This document shows positions 20,513-30,636 of a stretch of DNA of 64,000 nucleotides, one piece after another. Source of the DNA: an uncultured bacterium (GTDB taxonomy: Bacteria > Abyssobacteria > SURF-5). The notes under the pieces were generated by a model, which ran no database searches, was not told the origin of the DNA, and was given only the letters and a program-made list of their open reading frames with translations. The stretch is taken from NCBI GenBank assembly GCA_964607485.1, contig CAZSKP010000005.1:32001-96000 (forward strand). Reading direction: 5' to 3'. Positions within the stretch are counted from its first letter, which is position 1, and each line of letters opens with the position of its first letter. The position numbers and the translations under genes are program-made.

Positions 20513-20721
20513 TGTCATTGCGAGGAGTCCTGCCCTTGGCGGGACGACGCGGCAACCCCTCTTTACCGCAAGCCGTTGTGAACCGCGAATTCACGTAGCG
20601 CAGGCATCCTGCCTGCAAGAAGAAGCCTCTTTTTCTAACCACGGGTTAGCACGGATTCTTTATCCAGAAAGCGAGGGTCAGGTCTTGCAATGACACATTG
20701 TTGCAATGCAAGACCTGACCC
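20513..20721. repeat. Cluster of REP-like palindromes
   Basis: tgtcattgcgaggag...gacgcggcaacc (20513), gtagcgcaggcatcctgcctgc (20595), and a perfect 15-bp IR gggtcaggtcttgca...tgcaagacctgaccc (20675-20721). Confidence 0.7.
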
Positions 20722-20977
20722 CAAGATCACAAGTCTGAAAATTTTCGGAGAGGTTCTTCTCCACATTCTTCGCGTTTCCGTGGGTGGTGCGTCGTCCGGT
20801 CGTCCCGAAACCGGCTCCGCTCAATTATTGCGGGCGTGCGGAAATGCTATTCTTGATATTTCGCGATTTGCTCCTACGGGTTTGCGCGTCCATATTTACA
20901 ATATAGGGCCGATGATGTAGAATAGCCTCCGTATTTCTACACCTTCACTCAGCGTCTGGCAAACAGGAGAAATCATC

Positions 20978-22837
20978 ATGGGAACGCAGAGTGGCAAACT
21001 CTTAGAGGTTGACCTCTCGTCGGGCAAGATTTCGACGCGCACGCTCGACGATGAGGTCCTGCGCGATTACGTCGGCGGGAGCGGTATGGCGGCAAAGCTG
21101 TTTGTGGATGACGGTGTGCCGGCCGACTGCGACCCACTGGGGCCTGAGAACAACTTGTATATTCTCACCGGGCCGCTGACCGGAAGCGGCCTTCCGGCGA
21201 CGCCCCGATTCAGCGTGGCGGCGAAATCGCCGCTGACGGGCATCTGGGGTGAGGCCAACAGCGGCGGCTATTTCGGGCCCGCGCTGAAGTTTGCGGGATG
21301 GGACGGCATTGTCGTTCGCGGTCAATCGAAAAAGCCGGTGATGCTCATCATCGAGGATCAGAAGGCCGAGCTTCAAGACGCCTCCGACCTGTGGGGCAAG
21401 GACACCTACGAGACGGCCGACGCACTGGCCCAAAAATATGAGGGCAAACCGGCCGTCAGGACCGTCTCTATAGGCCCGGCCGGCGAGAACCTCGTGAAGT
21501 TTGCCGCGGTCTGCGACGGCAAGCATGACTATGCCGGCCGCACCGGCCTGGGCGCGGTGATGGGGTCGAAGAAGCTCAAAGCCATCGCCGTGAGAGGCAC
21601 GGGCAAGCTCACACCCGCCGATAAGGACGCCTTTTCAGAAGTGCGCAAGGCGGTCACCGAAAAGGTCAACGAAGGCATGTTCACCATGGCGCTGAAATCC
21701 ATGGGCACGAACGCCGGGATGGTCATGGGCATGACCATGGGCGACGTGCCCACGAAGAACTGGATTGTCGGCGAAGACATGGAATGCGCCAACGAGCTCA
21801 GTTCGATAGTGATGAACGAAAAGTACCTCACGAAGGCCTCGGCGTGTTATGGCTGTCCTATCGGCTGCAAGCGCAACGTGAAGGTCGATGAAGGCCCGTA
21901 CAAGATGGAGCCCGGCGCCGGACCTGAATATGAGACGATGGCGTCGTTCGGCACGATGTGCATGATATGCGACCAGGCGGCGGTCAGCAAGATCAACGAA
22001 CTCTGCAACCGCTTAGGATTAGATACGATTTCGTGCGGCTGCACGATAGCGTTTGCAATCGAATGCTACGAATCCGGACTGCTGACCGATGCCGACACCG
22101 GCGGCCTGAAGCTCAATTGGGGCAGCGCCGACGCCGTCATAGAGCTCATCGGAAAGATAGCCAGACGCGACGGCATGGGCGACCTGCTCGCCGAAGGAAG
22201 CAGGGCCGCCGCGAAGAAAATCGGCAAAGGCGCCGCCGACCTCGCCGTCGAGGTGAAAGGCCTCGAGGCGCCCATGCACGACCCACGCGCGTTCCACGGG
22301 CTCGGGTTGGCCTATGCGATGTCGGTCCGGGGCGCGTGTCACCTCTCCCACCTCGACCTGTTTGCGGAACAGGGGGGAGTGTCGATGCCCGAAGCGGGTA
22401 TCGAGGGCGGCTACATTGGCCAGTCGAGCGAAGGCAAGGGCAAGCTCGTCTGGGTGACAGAAAACCTTGCGGCGCTCCTGCAATCCACAGGCATGTGCTA
22501 CTTCGGCGCGGCCTCTCTGGATTTCCACGATATGACCAAGATGCTCAACACGGCGGCGGGACGGGACTACACGGTGGAGGATCTTCTGCGGATAGGTGAA
22601 CGACTGTGGCTGCTCAAACGCTCCATCAGCAATATGATGGGCGTGACGGTTGAAGACGACAGGCTGCCGAGGAAAATACTCACGCCCACAGAACAGGGCG
22701 GGGCAGCGGGCTCGGTTCCCGACATCGAATCTATGATGAAGGAGTACTACGAGATCCGCGGACTCGACATGCGCGGAGTGCCGAAGAAGGATAAGCTCGC
22801 CGCAGTCGGACTTGGCGACATCGCCAAGAAGCTGTGA
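20978..22837 (+). CDS. aor: Aldehyde:ferredoxin oxidoreductase family (W/Mo-pterin)
   Basis: KSPLTG, AGRTGLGAVMGSKKLKAI, CYGCPIGC, GPEYE, GLDTIS, DDRLP. Confidence 0.93.
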   Translation: MGTQSGKLLEVDLSSGKISTRTLDDEVLRDYVGGSGMAAKLFVDDGVPADCDPLGPENNLYILTGPLTGSGLPATPRFSVAAKSPLTGIWGEANSGGYFGPALKFAGWDGIVVRGQSKKPVMLIIEDQKAELQDASDLWGKDTYETADALAQKYEGKPAVRTVSIGPAGENLVKFAAVCDGKHDYAGRTGLGAVMGSKKLKAIAVRGTGKLTPADKDAFSEVRKAVTEKVNEGMFTMALKSMGTNAGMVMGMTMGDVPTKNWIVGEDMECANELSSIVMNEKYLTKASACYGCPIGCKRNVKVDEGPYKMEPGAGPEYETMASFGTMCMICDQAAVSKINELCNRLGLDTISCGCTIAFAIECYESGLLTDADTGGLKLNWGSADAVIELIGKIARRDGMGDLLAEGSRAAAKKIGKGAADLAVEVKGLEAPMHDPRAFHGLGLAYAMSVRGACHLSHLDLFAEQGGVSMPEAGIEGGYIGQSSEGKGKLVWVTENLAALLQSTGMCYFGAASLDFHDMTKMLNTAAGRDYTVEDLLRIGERLWLLKRSISNMMGVTVEDDRLPRKILTPTEQGGAAGSVPDIESMMKEYYEIRGLDMRGVPKKDKLAAVGLGDIAKKL

Positions 22838-22862
22838 AGCCGGGGAAATCTTTAAGAGATGT

Positions 22863-22900
22863 CCAGAGGCCGGAGGAAGCAATCTCCGGCCTTTGGGTTT
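22863..22900 (+). terminator. Probable intrinsic terminator after aor
   Basis: ccagaggccggag-N8-ctccggcctttgg followed by gttt. Confidence 0.6.
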
Positions 22901-23079
22901 AGGTGTCCGGGTCTTAGGATCCCCACGGTCATTGCGGGCAGCCGATTTCCTTGACTTTGTCCGAGTTGTTTTCATATAATTTTACAGCGCTTCGCAGTCA
23001 TGGCTCACAGGCGAGCAGCGGAGAGCATTTTCGCTCAAGAAGGTAGTTGTCTCTTTTTTTTTCTAAACATGGAGTCATC

Positions 23080-25488
23080 ATGAGGGAGGATGTAGCAACT
23101 CACCTCCGACCGAATCACGCCGAAGAAACAGGTGAACAGGCGTCCTCACAGGAACTTCTGCCCAAAGGTTACGCCATCTTCTTCTTGCTTTTCTTCTTGT
23201 CCGGCATGTGCGCCCTCGTCTATGAAGTAACGTGGACACGAAGGCTCATACTCGTTTTCGGGAACACGGTCTATTCGGTCAGCACGGTCCTGGTCGCCTT
23301 TATGGGTGGTTTGGCCTTCGGGAGCGTGTTTTTCGGACGCCTCATTGACAGGAGGCAGGACCCCGTCCGAGTGTACGGCCTGCTCGAAATCGGCATCGGC
23401 ATCTCGGCGGTCCTTATCCCGCTGGCACTCGCCGGACTGAACCCGGCCTACCGGCTCTTGTACAGCGCCTTCGGCGCCTCCAACTACGTGATGAGCCTCA
23501 CTCGATTTGTGCTCAGCATAGGGGTCCTGATAGTGCCCACGACGCTGATGGGTGCGACCCTGCCCGTGTTGTCAAAATTCATCGTGCGCCGAATCGAGAC
23601 AAGCGGTCTGGGAATCGGTTCGCTCTACGCGATAAACACCCTGGGCGCCGTGGCGGGATGTCTTCTGGGCGGTTTCGTCCTGATCGGATCGATCGGGATA
23701 ACCCGCTCGGAGCAGGCGGCGGCAGTCGTGAATATGTTCATCGGGCTCACGGCATTCAGACTGCATCATAAACTTGGAGGTGTCTTTTCCAACGTTACCG
23801 ACGCAGACGAACTCGGGGGAGCTGCGGAAGGAGTGACGTATCAACCGGGCATTCTGCGGTTTGTCCTGCTGATATTCGGCGTTTCGGGCATGCTCGCATT
23901 GGCGTACGAAGTTCTGTGGACGCGCATACTGGTATTCCTGCTCGGCAGCTCGATTTATTCGTTCTCGATGATCCTGGCGGTTTATCTTCTGGGATTGACG
24001 GCGGGCAGCCTCCTCATGGCCAGAATTGTGGAAAAGGTGAAATGGCCCCTCCACGTATTCGGCTGGCTGGAAGTTCTCATAGGAGTCAGCGTCCTCGCGG
24101 GGATGTTGCTCTTCAACAGGCTGCCGTTTCAGGAATACGGATTGAGGGTGAACCCTTTAAGTTACCTCTCCAAGAATTTCCTCGGCACGCTTGCGGTCGT
24201 GCTGCCGCCCACACTGCTGATGGGGGCAACTTTTCCCGTGGCCGTGAGGATATATGCCCGCAGCCTTGACGCCATAGGCCGCCAGACCGGCGCTCTCTAC
24301 GCGGTCAACACGGTCGGGGCCATCGTGGGCTCTTTTGCCTCAGGTTTTGTGATGATTCCGCTGCTTGGGTCAAAGAACAGCATGATGCTGCTGATTCTGC
24401 TCAGCATCGCCGCCGGCTTCTCGCTGTTATATCTTTCGATGAGGCGGGAAGGCTCGACCGCCTTGAATTGGATAGCCGGCGGATTGCTCATCCTGCCCCT
24501 GGCCGGGTTCCCCTTCGGCAACGAATTGATGAAGGACCTCTCGCTCAAGGCTTCGAAAATGCAAGACGGGCGGGTCATAGCCTTTGATGAAGATGCGACG
24601 GCGACGGTGGCGGTTTTGGGGAGAGATGTAAAGAGATACAGGATGCTCTCCGTGAATGGGTACACAATGGCGATTCTGTGCACCGACACTCAGCTCATGG
24701 CGCATCTTCCGCTCGCGCTGTTATGGGACAAAGACCCCCAGGACGTTCTGAACATCTGTTTCGGCATGGGCACGACCTTTGTCTCGGCCAGGCGGGCCGG
24801 AATGAACGTGGATTTCGTCGAGCTTTGCCCGTATGTTGTGAAGGCGTTCAAATACTTTCAAGAAGATCCGTCGATGCTAAACAAGCCGGGTGTGGGAGAG
24901 ATCATCGCCGACGGCAGAAACTATCTTCTCCTCTCGGACAAGAGTTACGACCTGATTACGATCGACCCACCGCCTCCGCCGTGGAGCGTTGGAACGGCGA
25001 ACCTGTGTACGAAGGAATTCTACGAACTCTGTAAGGAGCGGCTGAGGCCCGATGGAATCATATGCCAATGGCTTCCGACCGTTCATGATGCGCTGTCCGT
25101 TCCTCAATACCGAATGCTTTTGAGAACGTTCATGGAGGTCTTCCCGCATACCTCGGTCTGGGGTTCGCCAAGCAACTTCGGCACATACCTGATCGGCACG
25201 CCCGAGCGTCTCCGCATTGACAAAGAGTCGTTCGATGAGTACTTTGAAGCCCCAGCGGTCAAGGCCGATTTTTCCCTGTACTATTCCGGGAATGTGGACG
25301 GGTCGCTTGTGCTCTCGTTGCTCATGCTCGATGAGGACGCGGCAAGGGATTACGTCGCGGGCGCTCCCGTCATGACCGACGACCTGCCCGTGACCGAGTT
25401 TCCATTATTCCGCAATGGCTCCTCAACCAAGATAATGGACCCGGACCTGCTGCTATACCGCAGGCTGAATAGGATCGGGACACCGTAG
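23080..25488 (+). CDS. Fused membrane (MFS-like) / spermidine-synthase-like protein
   Basis: Duplicated membrane repeat (SGxxALxYEVxWTR...LMGAT.P...LYAxNT.GA), then a SAM-fold domain (CFGMGTT, VEL, ADGRNYL, YDLITIDPP). Confidence 0.88.
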   Translation: MREDVATHLRPNHAEETGEQASSQELLPKGYAIFFLLFFLSGMCALVYEVTWTRRLILVFGNTVYSVSTVLVAFMGGLAFGSVFFGRLIDRRQDPVRVYGLLEIGIGISAVLIPLALAGLNPAYRLLYSAFGASNYVMSLTRFVLSIGVLIVPTTLMGATLPVLSKFIVRRIETSGLGIGSLYAINTLGAVAGCLLGGFVLIGSIGITRSEQAAAVVNMFIGLTAFRLHHKLGGVFSNVTDADELGGAAEGVTYQPGILRFVLLIFGVSGMLALAYEVLWTRILVFLLGSSIYSFSMILAVYLLGLTAGSLLMARIVEKVKWPLHVFGWLEVLIGVSVLAGMLLFNRLPFQEYGLRVNPLSYLSKNFLGTLAVVLPPTLLMGATFPVAVRIYARSLDAIGRQTGALYAVNTVGAIVGSFASGFVMIPLLGSKNSMMLLILLSIAAGFSLLYLSMRREGSTALNWIAGGLLILPLAGFPFGNELMKDLSLKASKMQDGRVIAFDEDATATVAVLGRDVKRYRMLSVNGYTMAILCTDTQLMAHLPLALLWDKDPQDVLNICFGMGTTFVSARRAGMNVDFVELCPYVVKAFKYFQEDPSMLNKPGVGEIIADGRNYLLLSDKSYDLITIDPPPPPWSVGTANLCTKEFYELCKERLRPDGIICQWLPTVHDALSVPQYRMLLRTFMEVFPHTSVWGSPSNFGTYLIGTPERLRIDKESFDEYFEAPAVKADFSLYYSGNVDGSLVLSLLMLDEDAARDYVAGAPVMTDDLPVTEFPLFRNGSSTKIMDPDLLLYRRLNRIGTP

Positions 25489-25667
25489 TGTCCCACGTCG
25501 GCCGGCTTGCCGATAGAGCCGCGCGCTGGCTGTCCGACAAGGGATATCCGGCGCGAATGCTGCCCGGCGGTTTCGACTCATGGGAAAAGAGCGGGCACCC
25601 GATAGAAAAGTGAGAGGGTAGGGGGAAGCCCGCTTTCGCTTAACGCCCACACCTTTTGTATACGGAG

Positions 25668-25697
25668 CAATCGGCCCGAAGTGATTCGGGCCGATTG
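25668..25697. terminator. Perfect hairpin between convergent genes
   Basis: caatcggcccgaa-gtga-ttcgggccgattg (13-bp arms). Confidence 0.55.
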
Positions 25698-25752
25698 TCT
25701 TTCCGGGCACAATCGGAGAATTGAGAAGCCAGCGCTGCTTCGCGGCTGCTCT

Positions 25753-26592
25753 CTAGCTTTCTGCCCGGAAATTCCGAACGAGGGTCAGCGTCCGGTCGGG
25801 TGCTTCCTCCCATAGGAAATGGCCGACTCCCGAGAGCATGTGCAAGTACGCGCCGGGAATCTCCGCCTCGAACCTGTGGGCCGCCGCCGGGGGCACATAG
25901 GGGTCGTTTTTGCCCCAGATAATCAGCGTCGGACACTCAAGGGTTCCGAGCTTTCCGTCGTACGGCCGGATTTTTTCGAAATCGCCCGAACGATAGAGTG
26001 CCAGCCTGGCCGAGCGGCGCTCGGGAGTGGCGAGACCCTTCCAGTATTCCCCGACCGCTTCGTCCGAGATCGTGGGACAGGCTGCCCTCATGCCTTGGCG
26101 GAACACCTCCGGCGTGAGCGCGTCCATCCATGCCTCTCCCTCGCCGGGCGTGCGCCATATTTTTGCGAGCGAATGCCATGCGCTGCTGTCCATATAGAAG
26201 AATCCCGTGTCGCTGACGACGAGCCTGCGTAGGCCCTGCAGGCGCGCGGGATGGTCGAACAACCACCGAAACCCTATTAGGCCGCCCCAGTCGTGCAGGA
26301 CCAGGTCGAAGCCCCCGGTTCCTATCATCTGGGCGGCAAACTTCTCGACGAACTCCTCCATCTCCTCCCACGTGCCGTCTCGGTCGCCGAGTTCCGAATC
26401 GCCGTATCCCGGCAGGTCGGGCGCGATGACCCTTGCGACGTCCGCCAGCCCGCGACCGAGCGAACGCCACAGGAATGAGGAAGTGGGATTGCCGTGCAGG
26501 CAGAGGACGGTCGGCCTTGCTTCTCCACCCCACACTCGATAGGATGCACGTGCATCGTCAATGACCAAAGACATCAGCTCCGGCGCGGTCAT
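25753..26592 (-). CDS. Alpha/beta hydrolase, haloalkane dehalogenase/epoxide hydrolase-like
   Basis: HGNPTSS, DLPGYGDS, nucleophile HDWGG, GHFLWEE. Confidence 0.9.
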   Translation of the reverse strand: MTAPELMSLVIDDARASYRVWGGEARPTVLCLHGNPTSSFLWRSLGRGLADVARVIAPDLPGYGDSELGDRDGTWEEMEEFVEKFAAQMIGTGGFDLVLHDWGGLIGFRWLFDHPARLQGLRRLVVSDTGFFYMDSSAWHSLAKIWRTPGEGEAWMDALTPEVFRQGMRAACPTISDEAVGEYWKGLATPERRSARLALYRSGDFEKIRPYDGKLGTLECPTLIIWGKNDPYVPPAAAHRFEAEIPGAYLHMLSGVGHFLWEEAPDRTLTLVRNFRAES

Positions 26593-26890
26593 TCAATCCT
26601 CCTCTTGCGAGTTCGTAATGTCATGAAAAAATGATCGAGAGTCATTATATCACTCGCGGGAGAGGGTTGGCCACGTCGGGCGGTAGATGTCCCCATTACC
26701 ACAGCTTCAGGGTAAACAACTTTAGAAAAAGTATTTTTCGATTTTCTCCTTGCATTTTCATATTTGTTTTGGCATATTGAATTATTCCCGTTGGAAAGTT
26801 GTTTCTTTTGAGAAGGCTCTCGGAACGACGCCGGAGAGCATTCCGACTGTGATCTGAACGCGGGTGAAGGATTGGGAGGAGTTCGTCGTT

Positions 26891-27292
26891 ATGGAAATTC
26901 CAGTATTGGTCGTGGAGGACGATGCGATACAGCGACGACAAATGGCGCGTGTGCTAATAGGACACGGCTACACAGTCGCGCTGGCCTCATCGGGAGATGA
27001 GGCGATTCGGATGCTTGGCGAACAGCAAATATCCATCGTGCTGACCGACAGAAAGATGCCCGGCACCGACGGTTTGGAGCTGATTAAACACATAAAGAGC
27101 ACTTATCCTGAAATCCTTGTCGCAATGGTCACCGCTTATCCGGATGGGGTGGAGGAAGACGCGCTCGACGCTCTTCTCACCAAGCCGTTCAGGGGGCAAG
27201 AGCTGACCGACTTGGTCGAATATTTGGTGGCCAAACAGAGCGCTCAAAATGCAACTTCGCTTCCCCGACGCGAAGAGATTTATCCTGACTGA
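26891..27292 (+). CDS. Single-domain response regulator
   Basis: VVEDD, TDRKMP, VTAY, KPF. GGAGG RBS. Confidence 0.88.
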   Translation: MEIPVLVVEDDAIQRRQMARVLIGHGYTVALASSGDEAIRMLGEQQISIVLTDRKMPGTDGLELIKHIKSTYPEILVAMVTAYPDGVEEDALDALLTKPFRGQELTDLVEYLVAKQSAQNATSLPRREEIYPD

Positions 27293-27295
27293 CAC

Positions 27296-27324
27296 AAAAA
27301 GGGGCGGCTCATGGAACCGCCCCC
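27296..27324 (-). terminator. Intrinsic terminator of the aminotransferase gene
   Basis: Minus strand GGGGCGGTTC-CAT-GAGCCGCCCC followed by TTTTT. Confidence 0.75.
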
Positions 27325-27349
27325 TCGAAAGTCTCCTTCCCGTTTTTTT

Positions 27350-28720
27350 CTACAGCATCTCCTTTTCCATCTGGGCTATTGAAGAGTCGATGGCATCGAC
27401 GATGGTGTCTATCTCTTCCTTTGTTATTGACAAAGGCGGCGCGACGGCGATGTTTTCCATCATCGCCCTGGCATAGACGCCCTTTTCCCAGATGAGTTCC
27501 TCGATTCGATGCGTGCTCTCCATCGGGAACATGCCTATCTGCTCTTTCGTCTCCCTGTCCTTCACTATCTCGATCGCGGCCATCAGCCCTAACGAGCGGA
27601 TGTCGCCGACCGACTTATGGTCGTATAGTCCCTTCAGACGGTCCTGCAGGTAGCCGCCCATCTCGGCGGCGTTCTCAACGAGTTTCTCATCCTCGATGAT
27701 TTTCAGGTTCGCCAGTCCCGCAGCACAGCCGACGGGGTGGTTGTTGTACGTGAACCCGTGGAGGAACGGGAGGAAATCCGGCAGGTTGTTCTTGATGGTT
27801 TCGAAAATTTCGTTGCTTGCGATGGCTCCGCCGAGTGGGAAATAGCCGCTCGTGATTCCCTTGGCTATCGATACGAGGTCGGGCCTCACATCCCAATTCA
27901 TGCATCCGAACATCTTGCCCGTGCGCCCGAAGCCCGTTATGACCTCGTCGGCGAGGAACAGGACATCGTATTTGTCGCAGATTTCGCGAATCATCGGCCA
28001 GTACTCGTCGGGTGGAATTATCACCCCACCCGTGCCCATGGCGGGTTCTCCTATGAACGCGGCGACGGTGTCGGGACCCTCCCTGAGGATTGCCTCCTCA
28101 AGCTGTTTGGCGCAGGCGACGCCGCATTCGGGATAGGTGAGCGCGAGCTCGCATCTGTAGCAATAGGGCGCCATGATGTGCACGAAGCCGGGCGGGAGCG
28201 GGTCGAAGTTCATCTTGAAAAACTCTATGCCCGTCGCCGTCAATGCGCCGAATGTGACGCCGTGATAGGCGAGGTTGCGCGAGATGATCTTCTTCTTTTC
28301 GTCCTTCCCCTTGGCCGCCCAGTACAGGCGGGCGAGCTTCATGTTCGTGTCGTTCGTCTCCGAGCCGCCGCACGTGAACATGACGTGTCCCATGTTCCAT
28401 TCTTTCGGCATGAGGCTCACGACCTTGGCCGCAAGCTCGATTGCCGGCGGAGTTGAGAAGCCGAAGAAAGGCGAATAGTATTCGATCTTCTTCAACTGTT
28501 TGCTGATCGCGCTCGCGACCGGCTTGCGTCCGTGTCCTATCACGACGTTCCACAGGCTCGAGAACGCGTCGATATACTCTTTCCCGTCTATGTCCGTCAC
28601 GCGCGAACCGTTCCCCTCGACGATGATGCGCGCACCATTTTGCTCGTGCTCCTTGAGCTGGACAACGGGATGAAACATATACTTCGAATCCAACTCCCTC
28701 AGTTTCTTTTTCGACTTCAT
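27350..28720 (-). CDS. Class III PLP aminotransferase (omega-amino acid type)
   Basis: GGSE, YHG, FIGEP, ADEVITGFGRTG, PLP Lys in SIAKG, HGFTY. GAGGAG RBS. Confidence 0.94.
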   Translation of the reverse strand: MKSKKKLRELDSKYMFHPVVQLKEHEQNGARIIVEGNGSRVTDIDGKEYIDAFSSLWNVVIGHGRKPVASAISKQLKKIEYYSPFFGFSTPPAIELAAKVVSLMPKEWNMGHVMFTCGGSETNDTNMKLARLYWAAKGKDEKKKIISRNLAYHGVTFGALTATGIEFFKMNFDPLPPGFVHIMAPYCYRCELALTYPECGVACAKQLEEAILREGPDTVAAFIGEPAMGTGGVIIPPDEYWPMIREICDKYDVLFLADEVITGFGRTGKMFGCMNWDVRPDLVSIAKGITSGYFPLGGAIASNEIFETIKNNLPDFLPFLHGFTYNNHPVGCAAGLANLKIIEDEKLVENAAEMGGYLQDRLKGLYDHKSVGDIRSLGLMAAIEIVKDRETKEQIGMFPMESTHRIEELIWEKGVYARAMMENIAVAPPLSITKEEIDTIVDAIDSSIAQMEKEML

Positions 28721-28876
28721 GTCAGTGCTCCTCCTCAATACTTCACCCGGTTGAAACGCTTAAGCTGCTTCCCTACACTCTAATTCACCATAATATCCTC
28801 TCCCCCCGCAAAAAGAAAGATTCTTTTTTTCCATGCGCCGGCCAAACTCCCCCGAAGAGGCATGAAAAGGACGGAT

Positions 28877-29485
28877 TCACACTCCCTCTCGGGGCTCGGT
28901 GAGATATTTTACCACGGTGTCCTCGATCAGCTTTTGCACCTCGGACCGCTTCAAAGCCTTTGGCTCTATCACCCACTGAAGCGCCATTCCCTCGACCAGC
29001 GCGACCATCAGCGAGGCTGCCTCTCCGCTGTCGCGTCGGGCGAACTCGCTGTTTTCTATTCCATCTCTCACGACTTCGGCTATGTGGTCGCGATATACCC
29101 GAAGCTGTTTTCTCAAAGCCCTGCGGACGGTCTCGCGCTCGAACGCCATTTGCACGAGGTTGTAAAAGACCCGGTTCAGGCGCTGGTTGAATATGAACTG
29201 GTCCACGAGGAAATCGAGCGCCACTTGAAGCTTTTCCGAGGCCGACTGGAGTGGCCCGATGCGCTCGAGCAGCATGTGCTCGTATCGGGTGATAATCGCG
29301 TCGGCCATCTCCGACACGATCTCGTCCTTGCTTTTGAAGTAGTAGTGGATTACGCCGTAGTGCAGGTTTGCCCGTTCGGCAATGTCCTTGACGGTGACCG
29401 TTTCGTGCCCGTTGTCGGCGAGGCAGTCGAAGAGCGCCTGGGCGATCTGTTCGCGCCGTTGGGGAGCTATGACTTTTCTAGGCAT
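28877..29485 (-). CDS. TetR family transcriptional regulator
   Basis: RREQI...TVKDIAERANLHYGVIHYYFKSKDEI. Confidence 0.94.
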   Translation of the reverse strand: MPRKVIAPQRREQIAQALFDCLADNGHETVTVKDIAERANLHYGVIHYYFKSKDEIVSEMADAIITRYEHMLLERIGPLQSASEKLQVALDFLVDQFIFNQRLNRVFYNLVQMAFERETVRRALRKQLRVYRDHIAEVVRDGIENSEFARRDSGEAASLMVALVEGMALQWVIEPKALKRSEVQKLIEDTVVKYLTEPREGV

Positions 29486-29501
29486 AGTCTCTGGAAGGAT
29501 T

Positions 29502-29525
29502 ATTAAGTTAGTTGACTGACTTAAT
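29502..29525. promoter_or_regulatory. Candidate TetR operator
   Basis: ATTAAGTTAGT-TG-ACTGACTTAAT: 11-bp arms with one mismatch, covering the predicted +1 of the tetR promoter. Confidence 0.75.
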
Positions 29526-29552
29526 TATACCAGCGGCCTCTCACTCTGTCAA
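29524..29552 (-). promoter_or_regulatory. Consensus sigma70 promoter for tetR
   Basis: Minus strand TTGACA-17-TATAAT with TG extended -10. Confidence 0.85.
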
Positions 29553-29856
29553 GAGGTTTTTCGCCCTCGCCGCAGGGGCGCGAAACGGCGAAGTTGACCG
29601 TGCCGTTGACGCCCTCTATGGGTGCATGATAGAATGCGGCACGGTGTGGCGGCATCGGAAGGCCGCGCCCGGAGTTCCCTTCTTGTCTCCCAAAACACGG
29701 TGGTTCCGTGCTCACATTGTTCTCTTGGTTTTTCCCGGACAGAGAAGCCGATTCGAGGTTTGAGGAGGTGATATCAGAGCAGGTGTTGGGATGAATGGTC
29801 TCCCGAGGAACGTGCAAAGGAGCGTCGTTTAACCTTTATAGTAAAGGAGATTGCAG

Positions 29857-30633
29857 ATGCCGGATATCTACATTGAGGAATGGCCGCCACACGCGCCCAA
29901 CGACCAGGCCCGGCAGGAGACCGTCGTGACGGCCGCCCGAATGATGGCGAATGCGGCCATCACCGCGCCAAGCCAGGGCGGCGTGCAGATGGCCGAATGC
30001 CACATCGTGTACGGCGCGGCCGAGCTGGACAAGGTTGCGCGAAAGATGGAGGAGCTGGCCAGGCTCAGGCCCAAGAACAACCGGTGGAAAAGGATGTTTA
30101 AGTACGAGGCGGCCATGGTGCGCGACAGCGACGCCATCCTGTTCATCGGCGCGCTGGCCGCGTTTCAGCCGTTCGACACGGGTTGTGGCTACTGCGGCGG
30201 AAGCGAGGGATGCCAGTTCACCTACAAGCGGCGCAATGCCCGTTACGGCGTCCTGGACCTAACGGAGACGCTGCATCCCGACTGGCTCGTCGATGGCCCC
30301 ATGTGCTCGATGAATGTCTTCGGGATGGGCTGGGCGGTGGGCTCTGCGCTGATACTCGCCGGTCGTCTGTTTGTCGATGCGCGCCCGATGATGTCGGTCG
30401 GAGTGGCCGGCCAGAAGCTTGGCTACTGTCCCAAGTCGCCGATTGTCGTGGGAGTTCCCGTTGCAGGGAAGGCGAAAAGCCCGTTCGTTGACATACTGCC
30501 CGACTATCACATGCACAACCTGTCGCGGGTGGTGGATTCGCTCCGCAACAAGTATGTGATTTCGCGGATGGTGAACTGGCTGCCTTACCGCACCTGGGAT
30601 CCGCTGAATCCCGACCAGGAAAAGGAGGACTGA
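29857..30633 (+). CDS. DUF2148-like (ferredoxin-domain) protein, copy 1
   Basis: AARMMANAAITAP..GG, CGYCG...C, GPMC, GWAVGSA, RPMMSVG. Confidence 0.75.
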   Translation: MPDIYIEEWPPHAPNDQARQETVVTAARMMANAAITAPSQGGVQMAECHIVYGAAELDKVARKMEELARLRPKNNRWKRMFKYEAAMVRDSDAILFIGALAAFQPFDTGCGYCGGSEGCQFTYKRRNARYGVLDLTETLHPDWLVDGPMCSMNVFGMGWAVGSALILAGRLFVDARPMMSVGVAGQKLGYCPKSPIVVGVPVAGKAKSPFVDILPDYHMHNLSRVVDSLRNKYVISRMVNWLPYRTWDPLNPDQEKED

Positions 30634-30636
30634 GAC

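Noticed and set aside
26769-26786. sigma54 promoter before the single-domain regulator
   Set aside because: TTGGCA is present but there is no GC at -12.
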